Shown piece by piece: positions 1 to 10,355 of a stretch of DNA of 64,000 nt. The stretch's first letter is position 1. Every line of letters starts with the position of its first letter. The notes beneath the pieces are model-generated. The model made no database searches, had not been told where the DNA came from, and saw only the letters and a program-made list of their open reading frames with translations. The stretch is taken from contig JAAXXG010000002.1 in the NCBI GenBank assembly GCA_013334575.1, forward strand, positions 5,377 through 69,376, in the 5' to 3' direction. The stretch is from Candidatus Moraniibacteriota bacterium (GTDB lineage Bacteria > Patescibacteriota > Minisyncoccia > Moranbacterales > UBA1568). Both the position numbers and the translations under genes were made by a program.

Positions 1-238
<238 letters not shown>

Positions 239-291
239 CTATCCCATCTACGCCGAAAGTTCCAGACCTCCGAAACGGCGGCCCGGAAGCG

Positions 292-2076
292 CTAGCGGAG
301 CGCGATTCCGGCGTCCCGAAGCAGTTTCTCGTCCACCTCGCCCGGACTGTCCATCATCAGGTCCCGTCCGGAACCATCCTTCGGAAAGGCGTAAATATCG
401 CGTATGGAGTCCAAATCGGAAAGCGCCATAAGGATACGGTCGATACCGGGCGCGTTTCCACCGTGCGGAGGCGCGCCGAATCGGAAGGCGCGAATAAGGG
501 CTCCGAACCGGCGGTCGACCTCATCGCGGTCATAACCGGCGATACGGAACGCCTCGTACATGATTTCCGGATCATGATTCCGGATGGCGCCGCTCGAGAC
601 CTCGAACCCGTTCAGGATCATGTCGTACTGATAGGCAACGATGTCGAGCGGAGCCTTCGTACGAAGAGCGTCGAGTCCCCCTTGGGGCATGGAGAACGGA
701 TTATGTTCGAAATCGACCTTTCCTGGTTCGATCTCGGAATAGGAATACATCGGGAAATCGACCGTCCAGCTCCATGCCGCAAGCGACGGATCTTTGAGTC
801 CGAGTCTCGCGCCGCATTCGTTCCGAACCGCCCCGAGCGACTTGCAGACCATTTCCCACGCATCCGCCCCGAAGAACACGACATCGCCAGGCTTCGCGCC
901 GACAGCACCGACAAGCTCTTTCGCGCCATCCTCCCCGAGAAACTTCACGATCGGCGACTGCAGCGTTCCATCCTCGCGGACAACGATGTACGCGAGCCCC
1001 TTGGCACCCTTTCCCTTGGCTATCTCCGTCAACTCGTCTATTTCCCGACGAGTGAACTTCGCCCCGTCGCGAACCGGAAGCGCGTGCACGACCCCGCCTT
1101 CGGCGACGGCATCGGCAAAAACCGAGAATCCCGAGGAAGCTACCTGATCCGTCACGGGAACAATCTCCATGTCGTAGCGGAGGTCCGGCTTATCGGTACC
1201 ATACTTCGTCAGCGCCTCGCGCCACGGAATCCGACGGAACCGCCCGTTCTCATCGAGACCGACGACGCGCTTTTTCGAGAACTTCTCGGTGAGTTCGATC
1301 ATAAGCGGCTCCATGACCGCGAAGATATCTTCCTGCGTCACGAAACTCATCTCCATATCAAGCTGGTAAAATTCGCCATAGTGGCGGTCCATGCGCGGAT
1401 CCTCGTCACGGAAGCAGGGAGCGACCTGGAAATACCGGTCCAGTCCACCTACCATGAGAAGCTGTTTCCACTGCTGAGGCGCCTGCGGGAGCGCGTAAAA
1501 CTTTCCGGGATGGAGACGCGACGGCACCAGGAAGTCGCGCGCACCCTCCGGCGAGGAGTTCGCGAGGATCGGTGTCTGGACCTCGGTGAAACCGCGCGCA
1601 TGGAAATACTCGCGGATGTGGCGGATATATTCGGACTTGAGACGCAATAGTTCCTGCAATTCCGGCCGACGCAGATCGAGGAACCGGTATTGGAGCCGGA
1701 GCGACTCGTTCGTCTCACCCGCCTTCTTGCCGCTTACCTCGAAAGGAGGCGTCTCGGAACGATTCAGGATCTCGAGTCCGGTCGCCGATATCTCTATCTC
1801 ACCGGTCGGCAGGTCACCGTTCACCATATCGTCCGGACGCGCCGTCACCCGACCCGTCACCTTTATCACCCATTCGCTCCGCAGCGAGTCCGCGACCGCG
1901 AACAGTTCCTCGCCGACGGACGGATGAAAGGTTACCTGCGTAAGTCCGTACCGGTCCCGCAGGTCGATGAAGATGATGCCGCCGTGATCGCGACGACGGT
2001 GAACCCAGCCGGAAAGCGAAACTTCCTCGCCGGCCGCGGACCGAGTCAATTCGCCGCACGTGTGTGTCCGAAACAT
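292..2076 (-). CDS. aspS: Aspartyl-tRNA synthetase
   Basis: The 594-aa ORF starts MFRTHTCGELT, has an anticodon-binding OB fold, class II motifs and a GAD insertion (...GLAYIVV..., ...FPMYSYSEIE...). This is a full-length bacterial AspRS architecture. Confidence 0.9.
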   Translation of the reverse strand: MFRTHTCGELTRSAAGEEVSLSGWVHRRRDHGGIIFIDLRDRYGLTQVTFHPSVGEELFAVADSLRSEWVIKVTGRVTARPDDMVNGDLPTGEIEISATGLEILNRSETPPFEVSGKKAGETNESLRLQYRFLDLRRPELQELLRLKSEYIRHIREYFHARGFTEVQTPILANSSPEGARDFLVPSRLHPGKFYALPQAPQQWKQLLMVGGLDRYFQVAPCFRDEDPRMDRHYGEFYQLDMEMSFVTQEDIFAVMEPLMIELTEKFSKKRVVGLDENGRFRRIPWREALTKYGTDKPDLRYDMEIVPVTDQVASSGFSVFADAVAEGGVVHALPVRDGAKFTRREIDELTEIAKGKGAKGLAYIVVREDGTLQSPIVKFLGEDGAKELVGAVGAKPGDVVFFGADAWEMVCKSLGAVRNECGARLGLKDPSLAAWSWTVDFPMYSYSEIEPGKVDFEHNPFSMPQGGLDALRTKAPLDIVAYQYDMILNGFEVSSGAIRNHDPEIMYEAFRIAGYDRDEVDRRFGALIRAFRFGAPPHGGNAPGIDRILMALSDLDSIRDIYAFPKDGSGRDLMMDSPGEVDEKLLRDAGIALR

Positions 2077-2118
2077 ATCGAAAAGACTGTAATCTGACCT
2101 ACTCCGACATCCTGACCG

Positions 2119-2943
2119 TCACCCCTTCCCGCCAAGCACCTCGGTAACCGCATGTGCAAGTTCGGTCGGCGTGATACGGGTTTTCTGAAAAACCCGGGCG
2201 ACTCCGAGGCCTTCGAGACTACCGGACAGATCATCCGCCTCGACCGACGCCGAGAGAAGAATGACCGGCACCTCCTTCCCGGAATCCGATCCGCGCAATC
2301 GCGTCACGATCTCGCTCCCGCTTACGGACGGAAGCATGATATCGGAGACGAGAAGATCGTATCCGCCCTTCAGCGCGGCCTCGAGTCCGGAAGCGCCGTC
2401 GCGCCGGGCATCCACCTCGTACCCCTCGTCCCGAAGACGCCTTCCGAACATCTCCACGAATATCTCTTCGTCTTCCACGAACAGGATCTTCTTTTTCGGG
2501 ACAGCATCGGAAGAAACTGAGGACTGTCCGGCATCCGAAGAACGGTCCGTCGCGTTCCGTTCCCGTTCGGAGAACTGACGCAGGTACCTCCGCACTTCCT
2601 CGATAACCTCGGACGGCGTGAAGTCGGTCTTCGGAATGAAACCGTCCGCGCCGAGACGGAGGCATTCGTCACGATCCTCGGGGCTGCTGAGGTTACTGAA
2701 CACTACCACCTTGACCCGGCCGGCCATCTCCGGGTCCGACTTGAGCTCCTTCAGGACCTCCTGTCCGCTCATCTCGGGAATGACGAGATCGAGCAGGACG
2801 AGATCGAACTGGCCTTCTTTTGCCGCCCGAAGCGCCGCTTTCCCGGTCGCGACGTTCACGGCTTCGAGTCCGGACGCCTCGAACTTCTTCTTGTAGATCT
2901 CCACGATGAACGGATCGTCCTCGACGTACAGTATTTTCGGCAT
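2119..2943 (-). CDS. Response regulator with two tandem receiver (REC) domains and no output domain
   Basis: Two CheY-like segments are present (MPKILYVEDDPF...DLVLLDLVIPEMSG and KKILFVEDEEIF...DLLVSDIMLPSVSG). Phospho-acceptor Asp and Lys positions are conserved in both. Confidence 0.8.
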   Translation of the reverse strand: MPKILYVEDDPFIVEIYKKKFEASGLEAVNVATGKAALRAAKEGQFDLVLLDLVIPEMSGQEVLKELKSDPEMAGRVKVVVFSNLSSPEDRDECLRLGADGFIPKTDFTPSEVIEEVRRYLRQFSERERNATDRSSDAGQSSVSSDAVPKKKILFVEDEEIFVEMFGRRLRDEGYEVDARRDGASGLEAALKGGYDLLVSDIMLPSVSGSEIVTRLRGSDSGKEVPVILLSASVEADDLSGSLEGLGVARVFQKTRITPTELAHAVTEVLGGKG

Positions 2944-2997
2944 ATCGCGGTATTAGGAACCTCTTTAGCCTTATCCTACGGTGTATTCCGCTGAAAA

Positions 2998-4686
2998 TCA
3001 AGCCTCCCCGGATCCGCCTTCCGCCCCGGGATTCGCATACGGGATCTCTATGATGAATCTCGACCCCGTCCCGGGCCCATCGGATTCGGCCCACATGCGA
3101 CCACCGTGTGCCTCGACGAACTTTCGGCCGACATAGAGGCCGAGACCGGTTCCGGACACGCATTTCTTGGTCGTTTCCGCGGTTCGCACGAATTTTCCGA
3201 AGATTTCCTCCGCCATACCGGGTTCAAATCCCATACCGGTATCCGTGACCGACATGCGGACCCTCGTATGACCGATATCCTCGACCGAGACCGTCACCGA
3301 TCCCTGCTCCGTATACTTGATCGCGTTGTCGATGAGATTCGAGAGCGCTTCGCGTATTTTCGGAGCGTCAAGAGGAACCCTCCGGAGACTCTTCTTCGGT
3401 AGCCGCAATCGAAGCTCGAGCCCGCGTTCGCGCGCAATGGGCTGGAACATGTCCGCGAGATCGGCCACGATAAGCTCCGAATGCGCCGGTTCGAACGAAT
3501 ATCGGATACGACCCGTATCGATTCTCGAGACATTCAGCAGATCCTCGACCAACTGGATAAGATGCCGGTTCACGAGGTTTACCTTCTCGAGGACATCCTC
3601 GATCTCGCGGGAAACCTCGCCGTAGGAACCCTCCAGGATGAGCGAGAGGTATCCCTTGATCGCCGTCAGCGGCGTTCGCAGCTGATGTGAGGCGATGGAG
3701 ATGAACTCCGACTTCGCGTTATCGAGGCTCTTGAGCCGCTGATTGGCCTGCGCCAACGAGTCGGAGATGCGCTGCAGCTCCTCTTTCCGCTCCACTTCCC
3801 TTCTGACGGAACGTACCAGGAAGTACCCCGCGACGGAGGTAAGGATCAGGTTCGCTATGCTGATAACCATCCCCTCTTTCGTCTGCGGATAGAAGAACCT
3901 CGCGGTCATAAGTCCGAAAATACCCGCTACCAGGAGCTGTGCCCCGATTACCCGAATGTTAAACATCCGATACTTGGAAATAAGAACTCCCAGAAACACG
4001 AGGAAGATGGTCATTCCGAACATCCCATACTGCTCGAGATAGAAGCTGTCGGTGACCGAGGAAACATAGCTCGTGACGAAGAAAAGCGCCAGAAACATTT
4101 CGATTCCGATCGCCAGCAGCAGCTTCATACTCCGATCAGAGCGGCTTTCGGTCCGCTGATAACAACGCAGCATAGTCACGAGCACCCATATGAATGCGAC
4201 CGCTCCGACCAGGTAGTAATAGCGTTCATATAACGCTCCGCTGGTCGCCTCGCATGAGACGAGATTGAACGACTCCACGTGATACGAGGTAGCGGAAAGA
4301 ACGGCGACGGGAAGGAATAATCCGGCCATCACGAGCTTCGTCCGGAACGGGACATCGCGACCGTCGTTCACGAATACGAGAAAAAAATACAAGACGGAAA
4401 GAAAGAGAAGAGCGTAGATGATACCGAAAAATGACCAGAAAAAGGAAACTATCCTGCTATCGACATTCACCCATACGATCAGGTCCGTGAAAGACCAGAG
4501 TGCGAAAACCGACACGAGTGCCAGCAGGAGTTTCGCGGCCAGCAGCTCGCGCCGCCTCATGAATATGCTCCACCCGAAAATGAGCGCGAAGAGGGCCGTC
4601 GGGATATGCGAATAGTACAGGAGCGTCGACGGGACTGAATCCGAGAAAAGAAAGAGGAATGGCTGAGATATATCGGTACAGAACAT
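2998..4686 (-). CDS. Sensor histidine kinase with a polytopic membrane N-terminus plus HisKA and HATPase_c domains
   Basis: The H-box reads IASHQLRTPLTAIKGY. N, G1 (DTGMGF) and G2 (GTGLGL) boxes are present, and there are about 8 hydrophobic helices at the N-terminus. Confidence 0.8.
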   Translation of the reverse strand: MFCTDISQPFLFLFSDSVPSTLLYYSHIPTALFALIFGWSIFMRRRELLAAKLLLALVSVFALWSFTDLIVWVNVDSRIVSFFWSFFGIIYALLFLSVLYFFLVFVNDGRDVPFRTKLVMAGLFLPVAVLSATSYHVESFNLVSCEATSGALYERYYYLVGAVAFIWVLVTMLRCYQRTESRSDRSMKLLLAIGIEMFLALFFVTSYVSSVTDSFYLEQYGMFGMTIFLVFLGVLISKYRMFNIRVIGAQLLVAGIFGLMTARFFYPQTKEGMVISIANLILTSVAGYFLVRSVRREVERKEELQRISDSLAQANQRLKSLDNAKSEFISIASHQLRTPLTAIKGYLSLILEGSYGEVSREIEDVLEKVNLVNRHLIQLVEDLLNVSRIDTGRIRYSFEPAHSELIVADLADMFQPIARERGLELRLRLPKKSLRRVPLDAPKIREALSNLIDNAIKYTEQGSVTVSVEDIGHTRVRMSVTDTGMGFEPGMAEEIFGKFVRTAETTKKCVSGTGLGLYVGRKFVEAHGGRMWAESDGPGTGSRFIIEIPYANPGAEGGSGEA

Positions 4687-4717
4687 GACGGTACGTCGTT
4701 TACGGATCCCGGAAACG

Positions 4718-6022
4718 TCACTTCACCCAGCCCCATTCACGAAGGCGAGGCATGTCGTCGTTCATGAAACGGAGCCCTATATCGGTGCGATAGAACATCT
4801 TCGCGATGGATATCTTGCCGATGAGGTCGTACGCGTTCCTCCGCGCTTCCTCGACCGTATCCCCGATGCCGCTGACATGCAGCACCTGACCGCCTTCGCC
4901 AGAGACATAGTAGGTTCCGTCGGGACGGCGGGACACCTCCTGGAAGTGGACCCTGCTCCACTCCTCGGCGGTGAGCTCTTCGCGGAAGAATATGTCCACA
5001 TCCTGCCTTTTCCGCCGTCTCCCCGGAACGGAATACGGAAACGGCGGCACCGCGACAAGGATGACCACGCCGACCTTCCCCTTCGGATACCGGAAATCGT
5101 ACGGCTTCCCGTCGGCAACGGCCTTGAGAAATTCTCCCCAGGGAGACGTCGACAGCGCCATCTGAAGCTGCAACGCCGGATATCCGAACCGCGCGGTGAA
5201 CTCCAGCGGGAAGACGCCCTTCTCGTTCACGATGCAGTTGATATCGACATCGCCGCGGAATCCGGAATCGCGGAGGAAGTCCTCGAGCTTCGCGAGAGTC
5301 TCCCGATACAGCGGATTCTCCTCGTCATCGTCGAACCAGGTCAGTGTTCCCATCTCGAAGGTCTTCGGGCCGAGATCGCCGTCACAGAGATCCTTGTGCT
5401 CCACGTTCATCTCGATCGGACCGACCCAGGAGTTTCCGTTGAAATACCGGCCGATACCGATCTCGATCCCACGAACCCGCTCCTGTAACTCGATGCCGAC
5501 GATGTCACGATGACGCTGATGTTCCCTGTAGGTCTCGAGCATGTTGATCACGTCGCGGCCGTCCGACAGGCGACCGACGTAGTTGAAAATCTTGGATGCG
5601 TTCCCGTTCTGTTTGATCACCCATTCGCGCGGATGCTTCCGGACGAACGAGATCGCCTCGTCGAGCGAAGTGAAATCGACCGCCGAGACGATGCGGACCC
5701 CGCTCGCCCACAGGATCGCCTGTCCGTATGCGCGGTCGTCCTCGGTACGGTCCCCGCGCCCGCTGCCGCCGACCACCGAATACCCCTTCGTTCTGAGCCG
5801 ATCCTGGACCTTTCCCCACCCCGTACCATCGAATATGATGAGTCCGTCGCGTCCGACCCAGCGGAGATGCCTCCGCCAACCACGAACCTTCGTGATCATC
5901 CCCTCCATGTCACCGGCCTGGGAACGGTCACCGACATAGACACGCACGTCGTGCCCCTCGCGCATGAGCCGAAAGGCAAGATCGCCGCCGGAAAGGTCGT
6001 TCGAGATCATGAGTACCCGCAT
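4718..6022 (-). CDS. purD: ATP-grasp enzyme resembling phosphoribosylamine--glycine ligase (PurD-like)
   Basis: The protein begins MRVLMISNDLSGG. Segments VIKQNGNASKIF, GPKTFEMGTL, INCIVNEKGVFPLEFTARFGYP and YRTDIGLRF align by eye to the PurD N, ATP-grasp and C domains. Assigned from recalled motifs only. Confidence 0.6.
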   Translation of the reverse strand: MRVLMISNDLSGGDLAFRLMREGHDVRVYVGDRSQAGDMEGMITKVRGWRRHLRWVGRDGLIIFDGTGWGKVQDRLRTKGYSVVGGSGRGDRTEDDRAYGQAILWASGVRIVSAVDFTSLDEAISFVRKHPREWVIKQNGNASKIFNYVGRLSDGRDVINMLETYREHQRHRDIVGIELQERVRGIEIGIGRYFNGNSWVGPIEMNVEHKDLCDGDLGPKTFEMGTLTWFDDDEENPLYRETLAKLEDFLRDSGFRGDVDINCIVNEKGVFPLEFTARFGYPALQLQMALSTSPWGEFLKAVADGKPYDFRYPKGKVGVVILVAVPPFPYSVPGRRRKRQDVDIFFREELTAEEWSRVHFQEVSRRPDGTYYVSGEGGQVLHVSGIGDTVEEARRNAYDLIGKISIAKMFYRTDIGLRFMNDDMPRLREWGWVK

Positions 6023-6052
6023 GGCCGTATGTCGTTAGGAGCGGAATCGCCG

Positions 6053-6664
6053 CTACCGGAAAAGATGCCCGACGAGTTCCGATACCCCTTCAAATCCGAG
6101 TCCGTATATCCAGGTCCAGAAAATCGCCTGACCGGACGTGATAAGGACCAGCAGCGCCGACATGCGGAACATCGTGCGGAGCTCCTTACGGAAGAAGATC
6201 ACGACCTGTTCCGGACCGTCCCAGATGGTCGCCCGCAGGACGACACCGAGCAGGACCAGCATGCCAGTGAACTTCGAATGTCGGTGAAGCTCGTCGACCG
6301 CCCGACGAAAGCTTTCCGCGAGCGTGATATCGTGACCGGACTTCTCGTTGGCATAGAGGAATACGAAGGCGACCACGAGGTCGTATACCCACATGACCAA
6401 TGCGATCTGCCAGAACCCAAGCCCCCGATACGTCAGAAATCCGACAATCCAGGCGCTCAATATGGCCAACCAATAATCAGCGACGACATAGGCCGTCCGC
6501 TTGATCGCGGCCGTCGCCACCCGGACCCCTCCGACTACGGCGCCGTCCCCTTTCCGTATCCTGAAGAATGCGCGAAACGTATCGGTAACCGCACTCAATG
6601 CTCCGGAAACGGAAGTTCCTTCCACACCTTCCTCGTCATGTTTGCTCGGCATATGTGACGGCAT
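6053..6664 (-). CDS. Hypothetical polytopic membrane protein
   Basis: The ORF contains about 5 hydrophobic helices. The start is uncertain: ATGs at 6664 and 6652, and the ORF track extends to 6697. Confidence 0.4.
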   Translation of the reverse strand: MPSHMPSKHDEEGVEGTSVSGALSAVTDTFRAFFRIRKGDGAVVGGVRVATAAIKRTAYVVADYWLAILSAWIVGFLTYRGLGFWQIALVMWVYDLVVAFVFLYANEKSGHDITLAESFRRAVDELHRHSKFTGMLVLLGVVLRATIWDGPEQVVIFFRKELRTMFRMSALLVLITSGQAIFWTWIYGLGFEGVSELVGHLFR

Positions 6665-7203
6665 TATTCGGCAGTACAACCGGATCCATCCGTACATTCG
6701 GGTCCGTTTCCGGAATCAAACCCTTGATCACCCCCTTCGGAAGCATCCGCTTCGGCTCCGTCCGCGACCCTGTCATCCTCTTCCGTCTCCTCTTCTCCGA
6801 CCGGTCCCGCCTCCGTCACGACACTGCAGGGAGCTTCCCTTTCGACGGAAGTCGATTCGTCGCAATAAACCGTCTCGCACTCCGGATCGCCAGCCTCACA
6901 GGACAGTTCCGGACACCCTTCATCCGCACGGGTCGGCTCACACTCCGGAACCGACGAGGCGTTCCTTCGGACGATCTTGTAATACCATTCGTCCTCATCC
7001 TGATTCCCCGTACAGGCCTCATTGCCCGACGTCGACTCTGGATCGCATACCCCGACGAAACAACGTTCCGTTTCCGGATCGCATTCCGATTCCCCTTCGA
7101 CCACGAAATCACGAGTTACGAAAAACCTCAGGTACGAGAACCAGACGGATGCCACCAACAAAACCGCCACGATGACGGCGAGTATTTTCGACCTCATATC
7201 CAT
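6664..7203 (-). CDS. Hypothetical membrane-anchored, cysteine-rich, highly acidic protein
   Basis: The N-terminus has a signal-anchor (ILAVIVAVLLVASVWF). It is followed by about 140 aa with 16 Cys in C-x-P-E and C-E-x-G type repeats and an Asp/Glu-rich tail. Confidence 0.45.
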   Translation of the reverse strand: MDMRSKILAVIVAVLLVASVWFSYLRFFVTRDFVVEGESECDPETERCFVGVCDPESTSGNEACTGNQDEDEWYYKIVRRNASSVPECEPTRADEGCPELSCEAGDPECETVYCDESTSVEREAPCSVVTEAGPVGEEETEEDDRVADGAEADASEGGDQGFDSGNGPECTDGSGCTAE

Positions 7204-7591
7204 ATCCGGATTCTACCACGAAACCGCGAAACACGAAACCGGATGAGCGAAAAAACGTCTCTTTCCGCTATCAGAAAGAATGCCGGACCCTTCAATTTGC
7301 ATCGCCGGTTCGGGCGGATCGCAAAACGGAAAATTTTCGACAACTCTACTCTCGGAAATCTCAGAAAAATCCGACCGGTATCTTTGAACCGAGTCTGCGA
7401 ATCAGCTCTCCGTTTTCACATGCATCGAAAGGCAGTCTACGTCTCAACTCCGAAGTACCCTGATACGCTCATTCATCATCCGAACGAAACCGAGGCCTTT
7501 CTGAAACTCCGGCAATGACTCGATCGTCTCAGGAGAGCATACGCTCCCGGAAGGATTGGCCCCAAACGACGATTCCGCTTCGCAGAAACCT

Positions 7592-7786
7592 TTACGATAT
7601 GTTTTTCCGATGCGTCGAGAATCCGAACGGGAGATAGAGCGGACAGGATCGCAGCGTACCGGTGAGCAGCATGACGAGCCCGAGCACCCCCCACAGGGAT
7701 TCGTAATAAATCGCGACCGAAAGCACCAGGATTCCCAGCAGGATACGTGCCATCCTATCGAACCCGCCTACATTCTTTGTGAGCAT
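7592..7786 (-). CDS. Small inner-membrane protein, DUF2892 (YgaP-like) family
   Basis: The 64-aa protein reads MLTKNVGGFDRMARILLGILVL... The GxxDRxxR motif followed by two TM helices matches this family as recalled. Confidence 0.5.
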   Translation of the reverse strand: MLTKNVGGFDRMARILLGILVLSVAIYYESLWGVLGLVMLLTGTLRSCPLYLPFGFSTHRKNIS

Positions 7787-7813
7787 ACGGATACGGTTAC
7801 GACCCCGACACCA

Positions 7814-8986
7814 TCATCGTATCACACGTTCGTCGTCGCCCGAAACGAACGACCTCAGCACCCGCTTTGCCGCATCATCCCATGAAAATTTCCGCGCCCT
7901 TTCCAGACCCCGAATCCGAAGCGTCTCGCGAAGCTTCCGGTCAAGCAAGACCGCCTCGAACGCCCGGAACAGCTCATCCGGACGATGAGGATCCACCAGG
8001 ATGCCGGCGTCGCCGACTATTTCCGGAAGCGACGAGACGTCGGACGTGACGACGGGCGTCCCACAGGCGAGCGCCTCGAGCGGCGGAAAGCCGAACCCCT
8101 CGTATACGGACGGATACGCGAACACCGATGCCAGATTATAGAACGCGGGCTTGTCCTCGTCCTCGATGAATCCGGGAAGAAGAATGTTTCCGCGGAACGG
8201 AGAGTGTTCCACGTCACGGAGGATTCCGTCCTCTTTCCACCCGGAAACGCCCGCGAGCACGAGCGCCGTCTTCTCAAGCTCCGGATGACGGGCCTTGCGG
8301 AGCGCGTCATACGCGCGGACGATCGCCGAGATGTTCTTCCTCGGTTCGAAGGCGCCGAGATACAGGATGAACGAATACGGAAGCCCGTATTTCTCCTTGA
8401 CGGCAAGCATCTTCGGGTCGTTCCGATTCCGTTCCCGAAACCGGACATCGATCCCGCTTCGAACCACTTCCACCTTCGCGGACGGTATGCCGTATCGGGC
8501 CACCAGATCGTCGCGCGTAGAGGACGAGACGGCGAAGATCCGATGTGCGCGACGGAACAGGGCTCGCGGATTCACGAAGAAATGCCACAACCGCTGCTTC
8601 CACGAGAAGGTCTCGGGACAGACCGAAAATGACAGGTCGTGTGCGGTCACGAACAGACGCGTCCGGGAAGACACCGCGCAGAAGTTCGGATTCGGCAGAA
8701 AATACGCATCGACCCCGCCGATCAATCGGTCGAGTTTCGGATACCGGAAGTACCAGAGCGAGAAATTCAGGAGCTTGTTCGGGATACGGAACCTCCGGAC
8801 GGACACGTTTCCGAAACCCTCAGCGAACGACATGTCCACCTGCCCGTTTCTCCACTCGTTCAGAAAGAGGACATACTCGTTGTCCTGATCCGAACGAAAA
8901 AGCGCCGAAAGGAGCAGCACCGTGTACTCCTCCACGCCGCTCTTCCGGCCGCTCGTCAGGCACCGTAGGTCGATTCCGATTCTCAT
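7814..8986 (-). CDS. Glycosyltransferase family 4 (GT-B, group 1)
   Basis: The ATG at 8986 gives [21 protein letters not shown]. The C-terminus carries the EX7E-type motif [21 protein letters not shown]. The ORF track extends to 9130 but that N-terminal extension is Arg-rich and unlikely to be real. Confidence 0.8.
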   Translation of the reverse strand: MRIGIDLRCLTSGRKSGVEEYTVLLLSALFRSDQDNEYVLFLNEWRNGQVDMSFAEGFGNVSVRRFRIPNKLLNFSLWYFRYPKLDRLIGGVDAYFLPNPNFCAVSSRTRLFVTAHDLSFSVCPETFSWKQRLWHFFVNPRALFRRAHRIFAVSSSTRDDLVARYGIPSAKVEVVRSGIDVRFRERNRNDPKMLAVKEKYGLPYSFILYLGAFEPRKNISAIVRAYDALRKARHPELEKTALVLAGVSGWKEDGILRDVEHSPFRGNILLPGFIEDEDKPAFYNLASVFAYPSVYEGFGFPPLEALACGTPVVTSDVSSLPEIVGDAGILVDPHRPDELFRAFEAVLLDRKLRETLRIRGLERARKFSWDDAAKRVLRSFVSGDDERVIR

Positions 8987-9134
8987 ATCCCCGTTTGCGG
9001 CACCCTCCGGAACCGGCTCATGGCTGAAGTACCGCAATAATAGCATCAACCGAAGACGAAAATCAAAAACACGCCCTGAAAAGGCGTGAGAATAAAGGAA
9101 GGCTGCACGATCGTACAGCCTCCTGTCCATCGGG

Positions 9135-9665
9135 TTATGATGGCATTGCCCTCTTGATATATGGAGAAAGCCTTTTCATGAGGCCGCCCCACGGAAACAG
9201 GTCCTCGATAACCGTACCGATACCATCCAGCTTTTCCGCCAGAAGTCCGCGGCGGTACAGCACGCCAAGCTTCACACCGGGAATGGCACCGACCTCCTCC
9301 CATACTTCATGCGGCATCAGTGTCATCACTCGCGATAATGAGGGCACTCCGTTATCTGCAAGAATGGTTTCCATGAGCTCTATAACGAACTCATCCGACG
9401 CATTGCACGACATCGAACTGATGCTGAGATCGTGCCTCATGACCCTGACTGAGGGATGACCATTTCCGCTCTCGGCTGCATAAAAACGGATCGGTAATGA
9501 CACCCTCCTGAAATCGAAATCGGTCATGTCCGTAATGGGTACCCGACGTTCATCGGTGCCCGGCATCCGAATCCAGACAACACCCGGAAACAGACTGCGG
9601 AGCAGAAACACGACGGAATTCCGTCTGACTCCCGCCATCCTTGCCAAAGCCCACGATATGATCAT
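9135..9665 (-). CDS. Hypothetical protein
   Basis: The 176-aa ORF has a strong SD (AAAGGAGGGG) 7 nt before the ATG at 9665. I recognise no domain. Confidence 0.45.
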   Translation of the reverse strand: MIISWALARMAGVRRNSVVFLLRSLFPGVVWIRMPGTDERRVPITDMTDFDFRRVSLPIRFYAAESGNGHPSVRVMRHDLSISSMSCNASDEFVIELMETILADNGVPSLSRVMTLMPHEVWEEVGAIPGVKLGVLYRRGLLAEKLDGIGTVIEDLFPWGGLMKRLSPYIKRAMPS

Positions 9666-10099
9666 ATACCACCCCTCCTTTGGGCGTATACGTAAGATGA
9701 ATAAATTCAGAAATTCTTAACGATCCAAATACTGTATATCATATTTTTAATTTTTTGTCCAGTATCACTGCCGAGCGATCTGAACAGAATGAGGTGAGTT
9801 CTCGAATTACCGCCACTCCCCGGTTCCGCTTCCCGTTCGATCCATTCCTTCCTTTTCAAGCAAGAATAATCAAAAGGACGCCCAAACAGGCATTCTCTCG
9901 GTTTCGTGCTGGAGAGGTAGGGAATCAAGCAAATCCGCCAAGCCGGATTTCTAAGAACTATCGATTCTCAGCGTCGCGGACTCGCTGCTCTCCACCCCGG
10001 GAAAACTCCTTTCTCCCGACCACCTTCCCATTTCGATCTCCTGCCTCCGAATATGAACGCAAAACCCGCACCCATTGTGGATGCGGGTTTTGCTTTATG

Positions 10100-10171
10100 C
10101 TGGGGAGGTAGGGATCGAACCTACGCATGGCGGGACCAGAACCCGCTGCCTTACCGCTTGGCTACTCCCCA
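10100..10171 (-). tRNA. tRNA-Gln (anticodon CUG)
   Basis: A cloverleaf was folded by hand: acceptor TGGGGAG/CTCCCCA, anticodon stem GCGGG/CCCGC with loop TTCTGGT, T-arm GTAGG-TTCGATC-CCTAC. CCA is not encoded. Confidence 0.8.
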
Positions 10172-10355
10172 AACACGAATCTCCGAGAACGATGACGCCA
10201 AAACAGGGCCGAATCACGTCCGGAACAAGGATACCATCGTCTTATAGAAAAATCAAGCCAAAAAATGAGGAGCATCTTTCGACGCCCCTCGTATTTGATC
10301 CTTCCGGTATTCGGGATTGCGACCAGACGACTTGTCCGATACCTCCCTTTTGGCT

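Noticed and set aside
7814-9130. Extended N-termini proposed by the ORF track for the GT4 (to 9130), pheT (to 18902), engB (to 26961), the YidD-antisense CorA start (48337) and 49610..50728
   Set aside because: The extensions are Arg-rich, overlap neighbouring genes and lack an SD. Internal ATG/TTG starts with SD sequences reproduce canonical family N-termini.
9908-9995. A GGTGGAGAGC...CCTCTCCAGC stretch that looked like a third tRNA on the minus strand
   Set aside because: I could not fold a cloverleaf: no TTCRA T-loop and no 7-bp acceptor. It may still be part of an unrecognised structured RNA in the 9666-10099 spacer.
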